The translations under genes were made by a program, and so were the position numbers. A stretch of 64,000 nt of DNA from Trypanosoma brucei (Eukaryota), in assembly GCA_000002445.1 (NCBI GenBank), contig CH464491.1, positions 3,264,001 to 3,328,000 on the forward strand, given 5' to 3'. Positions 1 through 11,200 of this stretch are shown one piece after another. The notes under the pieces were generated by a model. That model was not told where the DNA came from. It was given only the letters and a program-made list of their open reading frames with translations, and searched no databases. The number at the start of each line of letters is the position of its first letter. Position 1 is the first letter of the stretch.

Positions 1-7
1 CGGAAGT

Positions 8-811
8 GTGCCAGCTTGTGCGTACAGGGGCGTTGTTGAAGATACCGATGCCCATCTGTACCTTGAAAGCAGCAAAATCCCCTCGAGGCAAGAGCTGCTT
101 GCAATTGGGGGGCGCATTCACGCCCTGGGCTCAGCAGCCAGTCAAAACAGCAGGAACCCTAACAGTCGTCGACGACGCTCTAACAATGGGTCCTCGGAGC
201 AATCGCTTCAGCAACCGGAGTGGATGCCAAAGGAACAACAGATGGCGATACCCAGGATCTCGAGTGGAAATGGCGCTACTTTGGGCTCTATCGCGGGGAT
301 GCAGGACTACAGCGCTTTTATGGCAAATCCTACTGGAGGTGCAGGACCTCAAAACGGTGCTAACTTCAATCATACTAACAGCGATCCCTTGCCATCGACG
401 GCGGGAGTTACAGAAGGGACCAACGAGCCCTCATTATTCGTTGAGCCGACAACGCCGCGGCCCGCGTCGGCGACAGAGCAGGAGCTAGATCTCCCGTCAA
501 GACATCAAATCCGGCAAGACATTCTCAACAAACTGAATCACCGTAGTGTTGTCTTCCCGCAAAACATCGACGAATTAAAACTTTCACAGCTACGACTAGT
601 GGAGCGGGATATGATTGAGTACCTTGAGCACGTACGCGATGTTCTCTCAAGCAAACAGGAAAACTGTGTCGTTTGTTTGGACCATGTGCCCACCGTCATA
701 TCGCTACCGTGTCGCCACAAGGTACTATGCCGTCTCTGTGCGTCGGCGGTTAGCACCTGCCCTGTGTGTCGCAGTCACTTGTTTGAACTGTTTGAGCCCA
801 AAGAAATTTGA
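8..811 (+). CDS. C-terminal part of a RING-finger (C3HC4) protein, probable E3 ubiquitin ligase. The 5' end lies outside the window, and the ORF-track start at 8 is a GTG.
   Basis: ORF open from the window edge. C-terminal CVVCLDHVPTVISLPCRHKVLCRLCASAVSTCPVCRSH is a canonical C3HC4 RING at the extreme C-terminus. Confidence 0.6.
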   Translation: MPACAYRGVVEDTDAHLYLESSKIPSRQELLAIGGRIHALGSAASQNSRNPNSRRRRSNNGSSEQSLQQPEWMPKEQQMAIPRISSGNGATLGSIAGMQDYSAFMANPTGGAGPQNGANFNHTNSDPLPSTAGVTEGTNEPSLFVEPTTPRPASATEQELDLPSRHQIRQDILNKLNHRSVVFPQNIDELKLSQLRLVERDMIEYLEHVRDVLSSKQENCVVCLDHVPTVISLPCRHKVLCRLCASAVSTCPVCRSHLFELFEPKEI

Positions 812-2334
812 TGCAGGCCCTCCTAGAAGGTCGCCGCACATCATTTCTCTGTTTACCTTTGCTTCTTTTTCTGTTCTTCTTCCCTTTGTTTTACCTTCTC
901 TATATTCTTCAATGGCCCATCGTCTCTCTTCCCATTCCCATCCCCAATAAACCCCCTACACGCATACACACTTAACGGCCTTATTGTTTTGGTTGCTGTT
1001 GTCAGTCCTTTGTTTTATCCATTTTGTTTTCTGGCGTTTCTGCCGGACCTTGGTGCTTACAACGGCCGTTAGGCGGGTGGTGATGAGTGGGTAACATTAG
1101 AAGTGTTTGCGCATGTGCATCGAACTGTGGGGAAAAGAAAGGGCAGAGGAACGAGAAAAAGACAAAAAGGAGATGTGAAATAAGTAAACCAAGTAAACTT
1201 AAAAGAAAGACAAAAATGGGTAAAGTACCTTGTCAACATTGTGTGGAGCAATGCGAACGTGTGAATGGAAAAAGGAAGAACAAGGGAGTAAAATGCAAAA
1301 AAAAAAAAAGTCAAAAAGAGAAAGGGGAAAGAAACAAGTTGTGCCAATGGAACTGAGTAGATCTACACAGTGCCACGTTGCAGAGAGGACCCGCCTGTGT
1401 GATCTGTACATTTTCGTGTATATATATATATATACCAATATTTAAGACATGCATTTGTTTTTTTTATTGTTGTTCCTCTGGGGAGCCGATGTTGTTACCT
1501 ATAGCAATTTAGGGAACACTTTTCAATCTGTGCATGCCTGTGTTCGCTAGCGGTTCGCGTGGTTGGACCCCTTCTCTCGGACGTCAGATATACATTATTA
1601 TTATTATTTTCTTTCTTCTTTTGTCTGATTGTTTTTTGGTGTCACTCAATATATACTAGTATTGATGGCAAACGGGTTATCATGTTGAAAGGGAGGGGAT
1701 GCATTATTTTATTTTGTTTCCCTTCCCCTTGTTGGTGGATTGCTTGCGCACTTCGTGTATGAAGTGGCGGAAGTGAGGATGACAAGCCACATTATTTTGT
1801 CTGGAGGAGCAAAGTTTTCACGGGCACATTGTGCTGAAACCCACTTAAAAAGTAAGTAATCCGTAGGGAGCACCGAGAAACAGTTGAGTGTCGTTTTCTT
1901 TCATAACATTTTGGCACCTTTCCGGCGGATCGGCAATCGATGCGCTTCGCGTGGAACTGTTCGAGGGACGATTGATATTTATTTGGCTTGCCGTCTTGAC
2001 GTAAGGTCTTCTTTCCCACCGTAACATTGTTGTAATTAGCGGATGCATTGCATCCGTTTGTGCGCTATCACTGTCATCACTCAGGTTCTTTCGGTAGCGT
2101 TCATAAAACGAAAGGAAAGGTAGCGGGTAACTTCCATTATGGTGATGATTTAAAAGGTGTTGTGCACAGCGTTAAGGTTCAAAGAAGAAAAAAAATCATT
2201 TCCAATGAAAAGGTTGGGAAGGGCGAGTAGAGGGTTGCTACTCGCCGGGAGCATTTCTCCCCACGTGACAACTTGGCTTTGTGAGAACTAAGTGCACTGA
2301 ATGTATGGGTGTCCGTGCCATTACTTTGTATGTT

Positions 2335-2370
2335 CTCTTTCTCTCCAATATCTTTCATTATCTTCATAGC
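2335..2370 (+). promoter_or_regulatory. Polypyrimidine tract immediately upstream of the BBS8 start codon (2377)
   Basis: gttctctttctctccaatatctttcattatcttcatagc is pyrimidine-rich and lies inside the GTG-initiated ORF-track extension, which argues that the true start is the downstream ATG. Confidence 0.4.
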
Positions 2371-2376
2371 TTGCCA

Positions 2377-4011
2377 ATGGCTGAGATGACGGAGGCGCCA
2401 AGTACCGGTCACGCGAACCCGATAGAGGTTGATTCTGAGGCACCTCCAGGCATCGATCCGATGTACTATGCCCTAAGCCTTCTTCGCCGTCGCCGACTGG
2501 AGGAATGTGTTGCCATCTCTTCTCGCTCTCTCGCCACCCTTGTATCTAGTGGGAACTCAGCTGAGAAAAAGGTGTGTGGGCAAAGTCCAAACGATGGGCA
2601 CATTGAAAGGACCGTCACGCGATTTTGGTCCATACAAATGAAGGCGCTTGCGCAGCAAAACTGGTTTGAGGAAATTGATGTGGACGACGATGGCGTTAAC
2701 GACGTGCTCCTGGATGGCGAGCAAACCGTTCCATCGAATGCAACTGCGGTTGGTACATCACTTGGCGGAGGTCAGCCACCGGCGGCTGCGAATCCTGGAA
2801 AACCACCAAGCAGAATGTCTTGCGGTAAGGGTACAATGAGACCCCTTAGTAGCCGCTGCGGCTTTGCGCGACCGGGGACACACAGCGCTCGTCTGGGGAG
2901 TTCTTCCATGAGTCCTGTCACGGCACGACTTGCCCGTGTAGGGACGGCGTCGCTGCAATCGGTTCCGGGTGGAACACACCTAGACTTGCAGAAGCTGGAC
3001 GTGGTAAAGTACGTACAGGACAAACCCATAGTAGCGAAACTGCTTTGTGATTATCTTTTGCATGTGGCCCACCGGCCACGAATGGTTCTGGAATTATGTA
3101 ATTATATTCTTTCACAAGAAGAACAGCGGAACTGGTGGTGGCTATCCCGTCTTGGGCAGGCGCATTATCGTTTAGGACAGCTTCGCGAGGCAGAGCAGCA
3201 ATTCAAGTCCGCCCTTGCATTGCAGGAGAACGTAATGGATGTATTGCGGTTAGCGAAGGTTTTTGTCCGCATGGATCAACCCCTTAAAGCATTGGAGGTG
3301 TTGTCAGGTGCCTCCAGCAAAAATGTGACGGATCACCATCTGCGTATCGCCATGGCGCGGCTGTACGAAGAGTTGCAGGATAAAGAGAAGTCCTGCGACA
3401 TGTATCGTCGCGTGCTGCAACTAGACAGCACCAACGTAGAAGCAATTGCTTGTATTGCAGCACACCACTTTTATGAAAATCAGCAACCAGAAGTAGCCCT
3501 TCGTTTGTATCGCCGTTTACTGCAGATGGGAGTGCAGACAACAGAATTGTGGAATAACCTCGGTCTCTGCTGCTTTTACAGCTCACAATATGACATTGCT
3601 CTCAGCTGTCTCCAGCGGGCTGCAGCCGTCGCCCCCGATGACGAATCGCTGTCGGATGTATGGTTTAACATTGGGCACGTGGGAATTGCCACTGGGGACC
3701 TGTCCCTTGCCGAGCGCGCCTTTCGTGTTGCAGTGGCCGCCAACCCACAACGTGCCGAGGCACTAAATAACCTAGCGGTGTTGCAGCTACGAGCCGGGAA
3801 TGTGGAGGCAGCGTACAGCGACATTACCATGGCACTCGCCGTGCAGCCCCTGCAACTTGAGTCCCTTTACAACGCAGCGCTTATTGCATACTCTTCGGGA
3901 TTCTTTGAACAGGCATACGCACAGCTTCAGCGTGCGCTGGATGTGTGTCCCGATCACCCCGAGAGCGTTGGCCTTCAAGCAGAAATTCGAAAAATACTTG
4001 CGGCCCCCTAA
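2377..4011 (+). CDS. BBS8: BBSome subunit BBS8 (tetratricopeptide repeat protein 8), a TPR protein
   Basis: NWWWLSRLGQAHYRLGQLREAEQQFKSAL and VEAIACIAAHHFYENQQPEVALRLYRRLLQMG closely match the TTC8/BBS8 family signature regions I recall from memory (not checked against a database). Multiple TPR units follow. The first ATG after the polypyrimidine tract at 2335-2370 is 2377; the ORF-track start at 2281 is a GTG. Confidence 0.8.
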   Translation: MAEMTEAPSTGHANPIEVDSEAPPGIDPMYYALSLLRRRRLEECVAISSRSLATLVSSGNSAEKKVCGQSPNDGHIERTVTRFWSIQMKALAQQNWFEEIDVDDDGVNDVLLDGEQTVPSNATAVGTSLGGGQPPAAANPGKPPSRMSCGKGTMRPLSSRCGFARPGTHSARLGSSSMSPVTARLARVGTASLQSVPGGTHLDLQKLDVVKYVQDKPIVAKLLCDYLLHVAHRPRMVLELCNYILSQEEQRNWWWLSRLGQAHYRLGQLREAEQQFKSALALQENVMDVLRLAKVFVRMDQPLKALEVLSGASSKNVTDHHLRIAMARLYEELQDKEKSCDMYRRVLQLDSTNVEAIACIAAHHFYENQQPEVALRLYRRLLQMGVQTTELWNNLGLCCFYSSQYDIALSCLQRAAAVAPDDESLSDVWFNIGHVGIATGDLSLAERAFRVAVAANPQRAEALNNLAVLQLRAGNVEAAYSDITMALAVQPLQLESLYNAALIAYSSGFFEQAYAQLQRALDVCPDHPESVGLQAEIRKILAAP

Positions 4012-4215
4012 CTAAGCCAAGTTGGTGACCCTCAATATACGATCATACATGCATACTATAGATTATTATTCCAGCTGGTGCAAACTACCCTATCAGTTAT
4101 ACACAAATTTATATATATATATTTATTTGTACATATGTCCTTCCTTTTGTTTCTCCTTCCCTTCATGTGCTAGGTAACGTCGTATAGTCAAACAAAACTT
4201 GGCCCTTAGGAAATC

Positions 4216-4266
4216 TGTTTTTTTCTTTTGCACCCAATAATCTTTTCCTTTCCTCTATTCCTCCAA
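4216..4266 (+). promoter_or_regulatory. Polypyrimidine tract: probable SL-addition signal for the gene at 4466
   Basis: gtttttttcttttgcacccaataatcttttcctttcctctattcctcc lies 200 nt upstream of the ATG. Confidence 0.45.
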
Positions 4267-4465
4267 CAGACAAGGTAGGGCCGTGCGTGTAACACTGTTG
4301 AGTGCGTCCCACATAGATACATTGCCAAATATCGCACAGCTGAGTTAAACTTTTGACATAGACGCATACACATAGGGAGACGGTTAGAGCAGGGACCACT
4401 CCCGGTATCCATAAATCCCCTATCCATAGAAAGCAAAAAAAAAAAGCGAACGGTGCGGCTGAGAG

Positions 4466-7400
4466 ATGTTTTACGCCTCGGAGGAAGGGCTACGCACAGC
4501 TGAGTTAGCTGGTCGCATGTTCTACAACCTGGGTATCAATTCCCACGGTGAACTGCAAGACATACACCAACTTCATACGGGACACGTCGGTGGCGCCTGT
4601 CTTGACAATGATATAGAGGCGGCCTACTTGGGCGGTCGCAATAGGTCGTCCGCTTATCAGCCCTCAGGGCAGCGTTGCAAGGGCGATCCGAATGCGAATC
4701 TTGTTGTGGAGGTTGCGCGACGGGAGTCCGTCCTCAGGCAGGTGTACAATGACAAACTGCGGGGTAGCATTCAAGCCATTATCACCGCACTAGCTGATGA
4801 ACTACCTCGCGACCACATCTTCTTGCAACTTTTGAATGATGCGTCAACACAACAGTACTGTCGCGTTCGAGTCGGAGAAGTCGTTGAAGCATTCCTCTTC
4901 TCAGTTCAGGCCCACCAGTACCACAACTTGGCTTCGGAGCTCGCCAAACGCGAAGTGGAGCTGCTTGCACTCGCATCGCAGTTGGAGATGGCAGAAAAAC
5001 AACCACATGTGTCACTTACGCCGGGATCGGTTAAGTCAACACAAACTGAAAGCTACGAAGAAAGCAATGGTGTCACAGAGGAAAACACGCCGTCGTGTCG
5101 CGGCACGGTCGTCGGGGACGCGACCGACGCACAGGCCGAGCTGTTTGGGCTTCTTGATGAAATGACTAGAGAACATGAGCTTGCCAAGTTTCGCGAGTGC
5201 CTTTCAGCACCCACCTCATTACTAGAAACGGTGCAGGCCGTTGACAAGTATGCAGACAGGTACGAGTACCTTTCCGACATTGTTTCACACCTTTTTCGCT
5301 CCATTAGGTGCCTCGTTATGTACGCAGAGGGATCTCTTAATAGTATCTCTGCATTGCGTCGCGGATCTCATAACGTAAGGGGTGTTGGCGGGAGCCGCGG
5401 TGCGAGCGCGGGACGAGAGTCATCCTCACCCCAGTCGCCCGAACAACATACAACAGAAGAGTGGCAACCGCTCACTTTGGGAGGCTCTCCTCCTCAGAAG
5501 GAGCAGCGCGATTGGCAAAACGCAGAGGTACTCCGAGGGGAACGAAACAGACTAAGAACGCTGGTAGTCCGTCTGAAACACGCAGAGAGCCACTGCGGCA
5601 ATCTTATTCAAAGTATGTCCACTTGCCATATGGACCTGCGCAAGCGAAGCGAGGTGGTGAAGCAACAGACGCAGAGGCTGGCACCGGGAAGCATATTAAA
5701 TGTCTTCACCGACGTGTCAAGGGGAAATGAGGAGGTGCTGGAAAAACTGGATGGAAACATACATAAAACAATCGTGACAAGGCGTAACAAAGCTGATGAG
5801 TGCCACAAAGAGCAGCAAGAGCACCTCGTCCAATGCACTATTGAGCTTCAGGAGGCGCACAAATCGCTGGCGGTAGCAAGGCAGAGGCTGCAGGTAGAAA
5901 CGGAGAAGCGGGAGCTGACGGACCAAAGGCTACGGGATGCAGTGAAGCAATTGAAGTTGGTGGAGCAAGAGTTACAGTTGGAGAGGGAGGCACGGGCCGT
6001 CATGCAACAAAAGTCTCGTGAAAGTGAAGAGCTTCCCGTGAGGCAAGCACTTGAAGTGGCCGAAGAGATGGACAGGCTGCGAATGCAACTGCGCGCCGAA
6101 CGAGTCAGTGTTGTGAATCACCGCGCGGAAGCTGTGTGCGCGCAGCTTGAGTGTGCTGTACTGAAAGCGTATACCGCAAAAATGGACCTACTACAGCAAC
6201 ATGGTTACATGTGGGCAGTGTTAGAACAACGGCATGCAGTACTTTTGAGTCAAGAGGAACTCCGGCACACTCGGAATCAGGCTTCGTCGACCACGTTAAC
6301 TTTACGGGAACAGGAAGAGGTGATGCAACACTGTTGCGAGGACTTGTGTCAGCTGTTGAGGTGCATGCAGAGGGATGAAGATCAGGTGGAGTCAAGGCAG
6401 CGTGCTCTGGAAGACGGAACGGAGGCACGGAGACTGGCTATGGTCGTGCGTAGCGATCGGGGCGACGATGAGAACGGCAAAAAGAATGACAGTGAACAGG
6501 TCTCGCCCTCATGCGACAACATTGACGGCCAGCAGCGGGTGGAGGAGGACCACGAGGAAGGGCAAGAGGCCGTATGGCGCCGCTACCGTACGCCCAAAAC
6601 ACTTCCGGGCGTGGTGGCAGGGCTTCAGATCACCTACAGCGCGTTGCAGCGTCGTCACCTAGACGTCCAGTCTATTGCAGATGCCGCACAGAGCTGTGTA
6701 CAGCAGCAACGTGAAGAGCTCGCCTCGCTTCACGCTCAATTGAGAAATCTTGCCACCGATTACGGCAGGCAGCGAGAGGAACTGAAGCAGTTGTGGGACA
6801 AACAGGCTGAGTGGTCACAACAAGACACGCTGAAAGGCCTGCTTGCGAAACAAAAGTCTCTTCTTGCTGCAGTTGATAAAGAGCGCGAGGAACTCCATCG
6901 TCGGTGGGCGGCACTTAACGAGGAGTATCAAACATTAGAAAGGCGCAACTCGCAGTTGCATGAGCGATGTGCCGTAAAAGAGGTAGAAAATGCTCGACTT
7001 ATGGGTGTCCTGCGTGTGAAGCACATAGCCCCCTCTACATCCTCGATTGGAAGCGATAGCACTTGTAATGACTGCTTCACTTCACAAACTGCCGATACTC
7101 TGCGCCCGTTACATATTTCGTCGCCTTTTAGACCTTCTGTAGTTGTGCCAACGGCGCCTTCTACGGATAATACTGGGTCGCCGGAGGCCTGTGGAGGTTC
7201 CGCGTCCCAAACACCACAAAAGAGAACAAGCGGAATCGTGACGGTTGCTACGACACCACTGAATGATCGACACGATGAACCGGTCCCGCTATGCGAAAAG
7301 CATCCACAAGTGCTCGGGACACCAGATTGGTCAAACAACGTTAGGAAAGTGCCCTCTAGGGTCACTGATGCTGGAAATGTGGTTGGAGAGGGCAGAATGG

Positions 7401-7546
7401 TCCTGCCGCAGCAAGAACAAGAAGTAGTGCGGCACGGCGCTGAGGCAATCCATAGTTGTGGAGGTTCCCCACCAGCCTGCCCGAATCCGTTAGCCGAGGG
7501 GTTAGGTGGTGGGACTGGCAACATGCGCAGGGGAGTGGTCGCTTGA
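4466..7546 (+). CDS. Large coiled-coil hypothetical protein (about 1026 aa)
   Basis: Long ATG-initiated ORF downstream of a polyY tract at 4216-4266. Central region is heptad-like, rich in E/Q/R/L (LKLVEQELQLEREARAVMQQ). Confidence 0.7.
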   Translation: MFYASEEGLRTAELAGRMFYNLGINSHGELQDIHQLHTGHVGGACLDNDIEAAYLGGRNRSSAYQPSGQRCKGDPNANLVVEVARRESVLRQVYNDKLRGSIQAIITALADELPRDHIFLQLLNDASTQQYCRVRVGEVVEAFLFSVQAHQYHNLASELAKREVELLALASQLEMAEKQPHVSLTPGSVKSTQTESYEESNGVTEENTPSCRGTVVGDATDAQAELFGLLDEMTREHELAKFRECLSAPTSLLETVQAVDKYADRYEYLSDIVSHLFRSIRCLVMYAEGSLNSISALRRGSHNVRGVGGSRGASAGRESSSPQSPEQHTTEEWQPLTLGGSPPQKEQRDWQNAEVLRGERNRLRTLVVRLKHAESHCGNLIQSMSTCHMDLRKRSEVVKQQTQRLAPGSILNVFTDVSRGNEEVLEKLDGNIHKTIVTRRNKADECHKEQQEHLVQCTIELQEAHKSLAVARQRLQVETEKRELTDQRLRDAVKQLKLVEQELQLEREARAVMQQKSRESEELPVRQALEVAEEMDRLRMQLRAERVSVVNHRAEAVCAQLECAVLKAYTAKMDLLQQHGYMWAVLEQRHAVLLSQEELRHTRNQASSTTLTLREQEEVMQHCCEDLCQLLRCMQRDEDQVESRQRALEDGTEARRLAMVVRSDRGDDENGKKNDSEQVSPSCDNIDGQQRVEEDHEEGQEAVWRRYRTPKTLPGVVAGLQITYSALQRRHLDVQSIADAAQSCVQQQREELASLHAQLRNLATDYGRQREELKQLWDKQAEWSQQDTLKGLLAKQKSLLAAVDKEREELHRRWAALNEEYQTLERRNSQLHERCAVKEVENARLMGVLRVKHIAPSTSSIGSDSTCNDCFTSQTADTLRPLHISSPFRPSVVVPTAPSTDNTGSPEACGGSASQTPQKRTSGIVTVATTPLNDRHDEPVPLCEKHPQVLGTPDWSNNVRKVPSRVTDAGNVVGEGRMVLPQQEQEVVRHGAEAIHSCGGSPPACPNPLAEGLGGGTGNMRRGVVA

Positions 7547-8154
7547 GAGCGGCAGGCACGGCTCGAATATGTGGGCGGTGCGCTTACTTCAGTTGTAGGC
7601 TAGTACCACGTTGAAGGCGGTATGTCATGAGGTGCACCTTCGGGAAGATGTGGTGTCTGCCGCCAAAAAAGTGCGCTCGCGACGCGCAGTCAAGACTGAG
7701 GTGGGTTCAAAGTTTGAGTGGGTCTCCTGACCCCGTCAGTGGCCGTATTTCAGCTTTATTTCTTGTTTTTGTTTGTCCCATGTCTTTGCAGTGTGGCTGT
7801 CACCTCGTGCAGTTATTCATTAGAATTTACTTTATTTTTGCGATTCAAATCCTCTCCGCGAAGGGACACGTTACTCTCCACTTCTCGCCTTGATTCTGAC
7901 TCTTTTCTTTTTACTTTTCGTCCACTTAGCCTCTTTCCCACCCAACGCAAAAGGGTAAAAAAGCAACAATAGGAAGAACGTTGCACCGTTTACTGCATTT
8001 GCATACTTTTTTGCAACGTTCCCGTTTACGGAAGGAACCACCCACGAATAGTCGACGGGGGGTCGCATAGCAAAGAATTAGCTGAAATTTACCGACCTTT
8101 CTGCGTTAACCAACACACGCAAAATAAGCGGCAGCGTGTTCTTTTCAAAGCGAA

Positions 8155-8166
8155 TTTTTTTTTTTT
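8155..8166 (+). promoter_or_regulatory. T12 tract: probable polyY/SL-addition signal for the gene at 8220
   Basis: cgaattttttttttttactgaaacccc, with the ATG 54 nt downstream. Confidence 0.45.
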
Positions 8167-8219
8167 ACTGAAACCCCGAATATCGTCGCTGAGTCTTTGT
8201 GTCCAAGACTAACCACTAA

Positions 8220-11200
8220 ATGAGCTCGGGCCGCAATACATCGGAGGACACCGATGGGGCAGCACCGAGGAAGCGGATTCTCAGTTCGTCATCCCCTCCC
8301 TCGAGTTCGACGCTGGTGGTGGTGGTTTTTCAGTCGAGTCTCGAGGAATTGATGCTTGAAGCCACCCGTCACCGTTCTCTGGTCCCCCTGCGGGACGCCA
8401 TCCACTACGCGCGCATGAATGGTCACGCAGCAGGTGACATCTTTCACGCGTTCGTACTTGCTTGTGATTCGCTGCATGGAATGCGGCAGAGCCGCCCGCT
8501 GCTTTTGCGGAGTCTAAAGGACTTGGCCAAGATGGCATCGCTCCAAATGATACCCATTACCCCCACCGTTGTGCAAGTTATCTGCAATCTTGTGCGTAAG
8601 ATGCTCGGAAGCGCGCTCCCCAACACCAACACGGCGGTTGCCACATCACAGGGTCCCCATAGTGCTTCCAAAGATAATCTACAACACGGAGTCGACAGCG
8701 CCACAGCCACTTCCAGTGCCCGGCACCGGAGTGCCTCAGAGGTACGAGTTGGTGCAGCAGCAACAGATTTTGAGAGACTGGGAAGTACAAAGTACGGCGC
8801 TAGTAATTCCTCCTTTCACGGCGGCGAAGCGGCTGGTGACCTTGTGCCGTCACCAGCAGCTGATGACGAGTTGCAGATCAGTATTTTGCAGATGCTCATG
8901 TCTTTTCTCTCCGTGTGTGAGCTAAGCAATGCAGGGCTTGCGGATCTTATGGGCGTAATTTTTACCATGTATATACAGTCCACGCCAGCGTCTGTAGTGG
9001 AGGCGTCCTGCGCCGCCACTATTGAGCAGCGTACAATTGCAGTACTTGAAAAACTTCAAAACATTGGAGGTGGGGATCCTATCCGAGGTTCCGGGGACGA
9101 CAACATTAGCGCTGGAAGTTCGGCAGTCCCACTACAAAAGGCCAAGTTGGACGTCACGGACACGAAGGAGAGGGACGATTTGTTTACTGCGCGGATACAG
9201 ATGGTAGCTTACGTGAAGGATATATGTGCGCTCTGTGCTGATACGGCGCCTAAATGGCTGAAGATTGGAATGCACTGCAGCAACAGTGCTGGTCAGGATA
9301 CAGAGGGCGGGGTTTCCGACGCTAGTTGGGCCGTAGCACCTTGGCGATTGCGCGTCTTGCTCCTCGAAACACTTATTAAGTACTTTGAAACTCACAAGGT
9401 TACATCCTCTCGTGATGTAACTATCTTCTTTGTGCAATGTCTTAATCAAGACATCGTGCCACTCGTTCTAAGACGCATGGACAGTTGCGACGGTTGCTCC
9501 GCCTCGCCTCAAATGCCCGGGCAGAAAGATGATGGAATTGTTGAACTTATCCCAGTGACAGACGATGATGAACATCAACTTATTCTCACACAGAAGCTGA
9601 GTGTGACACTCCTCTCAAATGCCCTTCCACTTTTACAAAACACCATGCATGCGATCCTTCGACACAACGTTTCTTGTGTGGCGCGCTGCCTGGGGGATGT
9701 GGATCGCAAGGTCGAAAATCATTGCGCGTTATCACTCTTGTCACTGTGGCGCAAGCAGGTCAGCAACTATAAGGTGCTGCAGCAACTGTTGTTGATCGCA
9801 CCGGAGAGCAATAGGTCCTTCACGGTGGTGAATGAGGATTCATCGTCCCAGCAAGAGTCACATAAATTTTGGCATGATGTGCACTTTAATCCAGACTCGG
9901 GGTGTGTCAGGTACGGCTCCACCACACTCAGCGACGGCATGGAACCATCGCGATCGTCTTCGCTTCAGTCCCAAGGGCCCGGTTATCCGCCTTTTGGTGA
10001 CTCTGAGAAGTTGCTTCAGCCCTTTGCAGAACTTGTTGCGGCGGCTTCACGACTACTCACGAGGATGATTACTGCTGTCGAAGATGGGGTGCTAGAAAGT
10101 GTCCGTGTGGATCCACTGCCCGAAGGATCAAAGAGCGTGGGTGAGCTGCTTCCGTCCCCCGTGACTACAGCTTCCTTTCTCAAATCTCATTTTAGAGCAG
10201 TCCTGCGGTCCCAAAGACTGTTGCAACAAAGAGTGTTCGGGAATGCCCAAGAAGGTGAGAACAGCGACCACGGTGCACCCAAGGTCCCCCCCGCCACTAC
10301 TGCTACAGATGCTCGTCCTTCCCACCCCAAAGTGACGGGGGCAAGAGATATATTGGATTTCCTTGCGATATTCACACAAACTCTCGCCCACATAGTGGAG
10401 GTGCTCACGCGGGAAAAAGATAGTGTCCCATTAGGGGAGATGAAATCTACCTTCATCAGTTTGCATCCTTTTCTTTTCCGTAGTTTCACCCTTTCGGCAC
10501 AAAAAATGAGAAGGGGCGGGGTCATCTACACTGTGATGAGGGGGATCACGAACATGGTGTATATTTCTTGCTTCTTGCGCCTTCCTGAAATACGAAACAG
10601 CTACCTTGGGGTGTTCCGTAAACTGCTTAGTCAAGAGCGTGGACAGGAGGAGGTGAGTGGGGTGGTAAGGCGCCAACAAGAGGGTGCAGAAAGGCACGCG
10701 CCCAGCACACAAGGGTTTGGTTCGGATGCCGACACCGTGGCGAAACTCGTGGACTGCTCCCTGGAAGTACTGGAGGAGAAACAGTATATTTTGAACTGTG
10801 TTGTATCTATAGCATTCAACATAGGTGGTGGTCTGGGTGACGGGTGGTGCGGCGTCGTGTCGTGTTTGCTCTTCACTCCGCAAGTTTTGCACGATCTTCA
10901 AAAAACCATTCAACGGCAACAACACGCCAACGTCCCGGCAAAGGAAGGAGTTTCTCGCGACACCGCACACGATGTGGAGTACTTACAGGATGCGCTGCGG
11001 GCCCTCTTCGTTAATTGTGCACTTTCCCCAAGTGGCGAATCCCTGTTGAATCTTCTGGCAAACTTCGTGAAGGAGGCCTGCAATAGCCTGCCCTTGGGTG
11101 CCGAAGGCTGCGAGGGAAATATCGGTGTCAGCACCAGCTATCTTTCATCGCTTCAACTTATATGTGAGTGCTGTTCATTGGCTCTGCTGGTGGGAGCGGG

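Noticed and set aside
6-488. Frame-3 ORF (160 aa) at the 5' edge overlapping the RING-finger ORF
   Set aside because: Arg/Ser-rich nonsense translation overlapping the frame that ends in a clean RING domain. The RING frame is the real one.
1087-1356. Lys-rich 89-aa ORF in the first intergenic region
   Set aside because: A purine-rich (A/G) low-complexity stretch typical of UTR sequence. The translation is a meaningless K/R/E polymer.
10431-10970. 179-aa minus-strand ORF inside the 2195-aa gene
   Set aside because: It lies wholly inside a much longer, well-supported sense ORF. No motifs. Probably a chance open frame.
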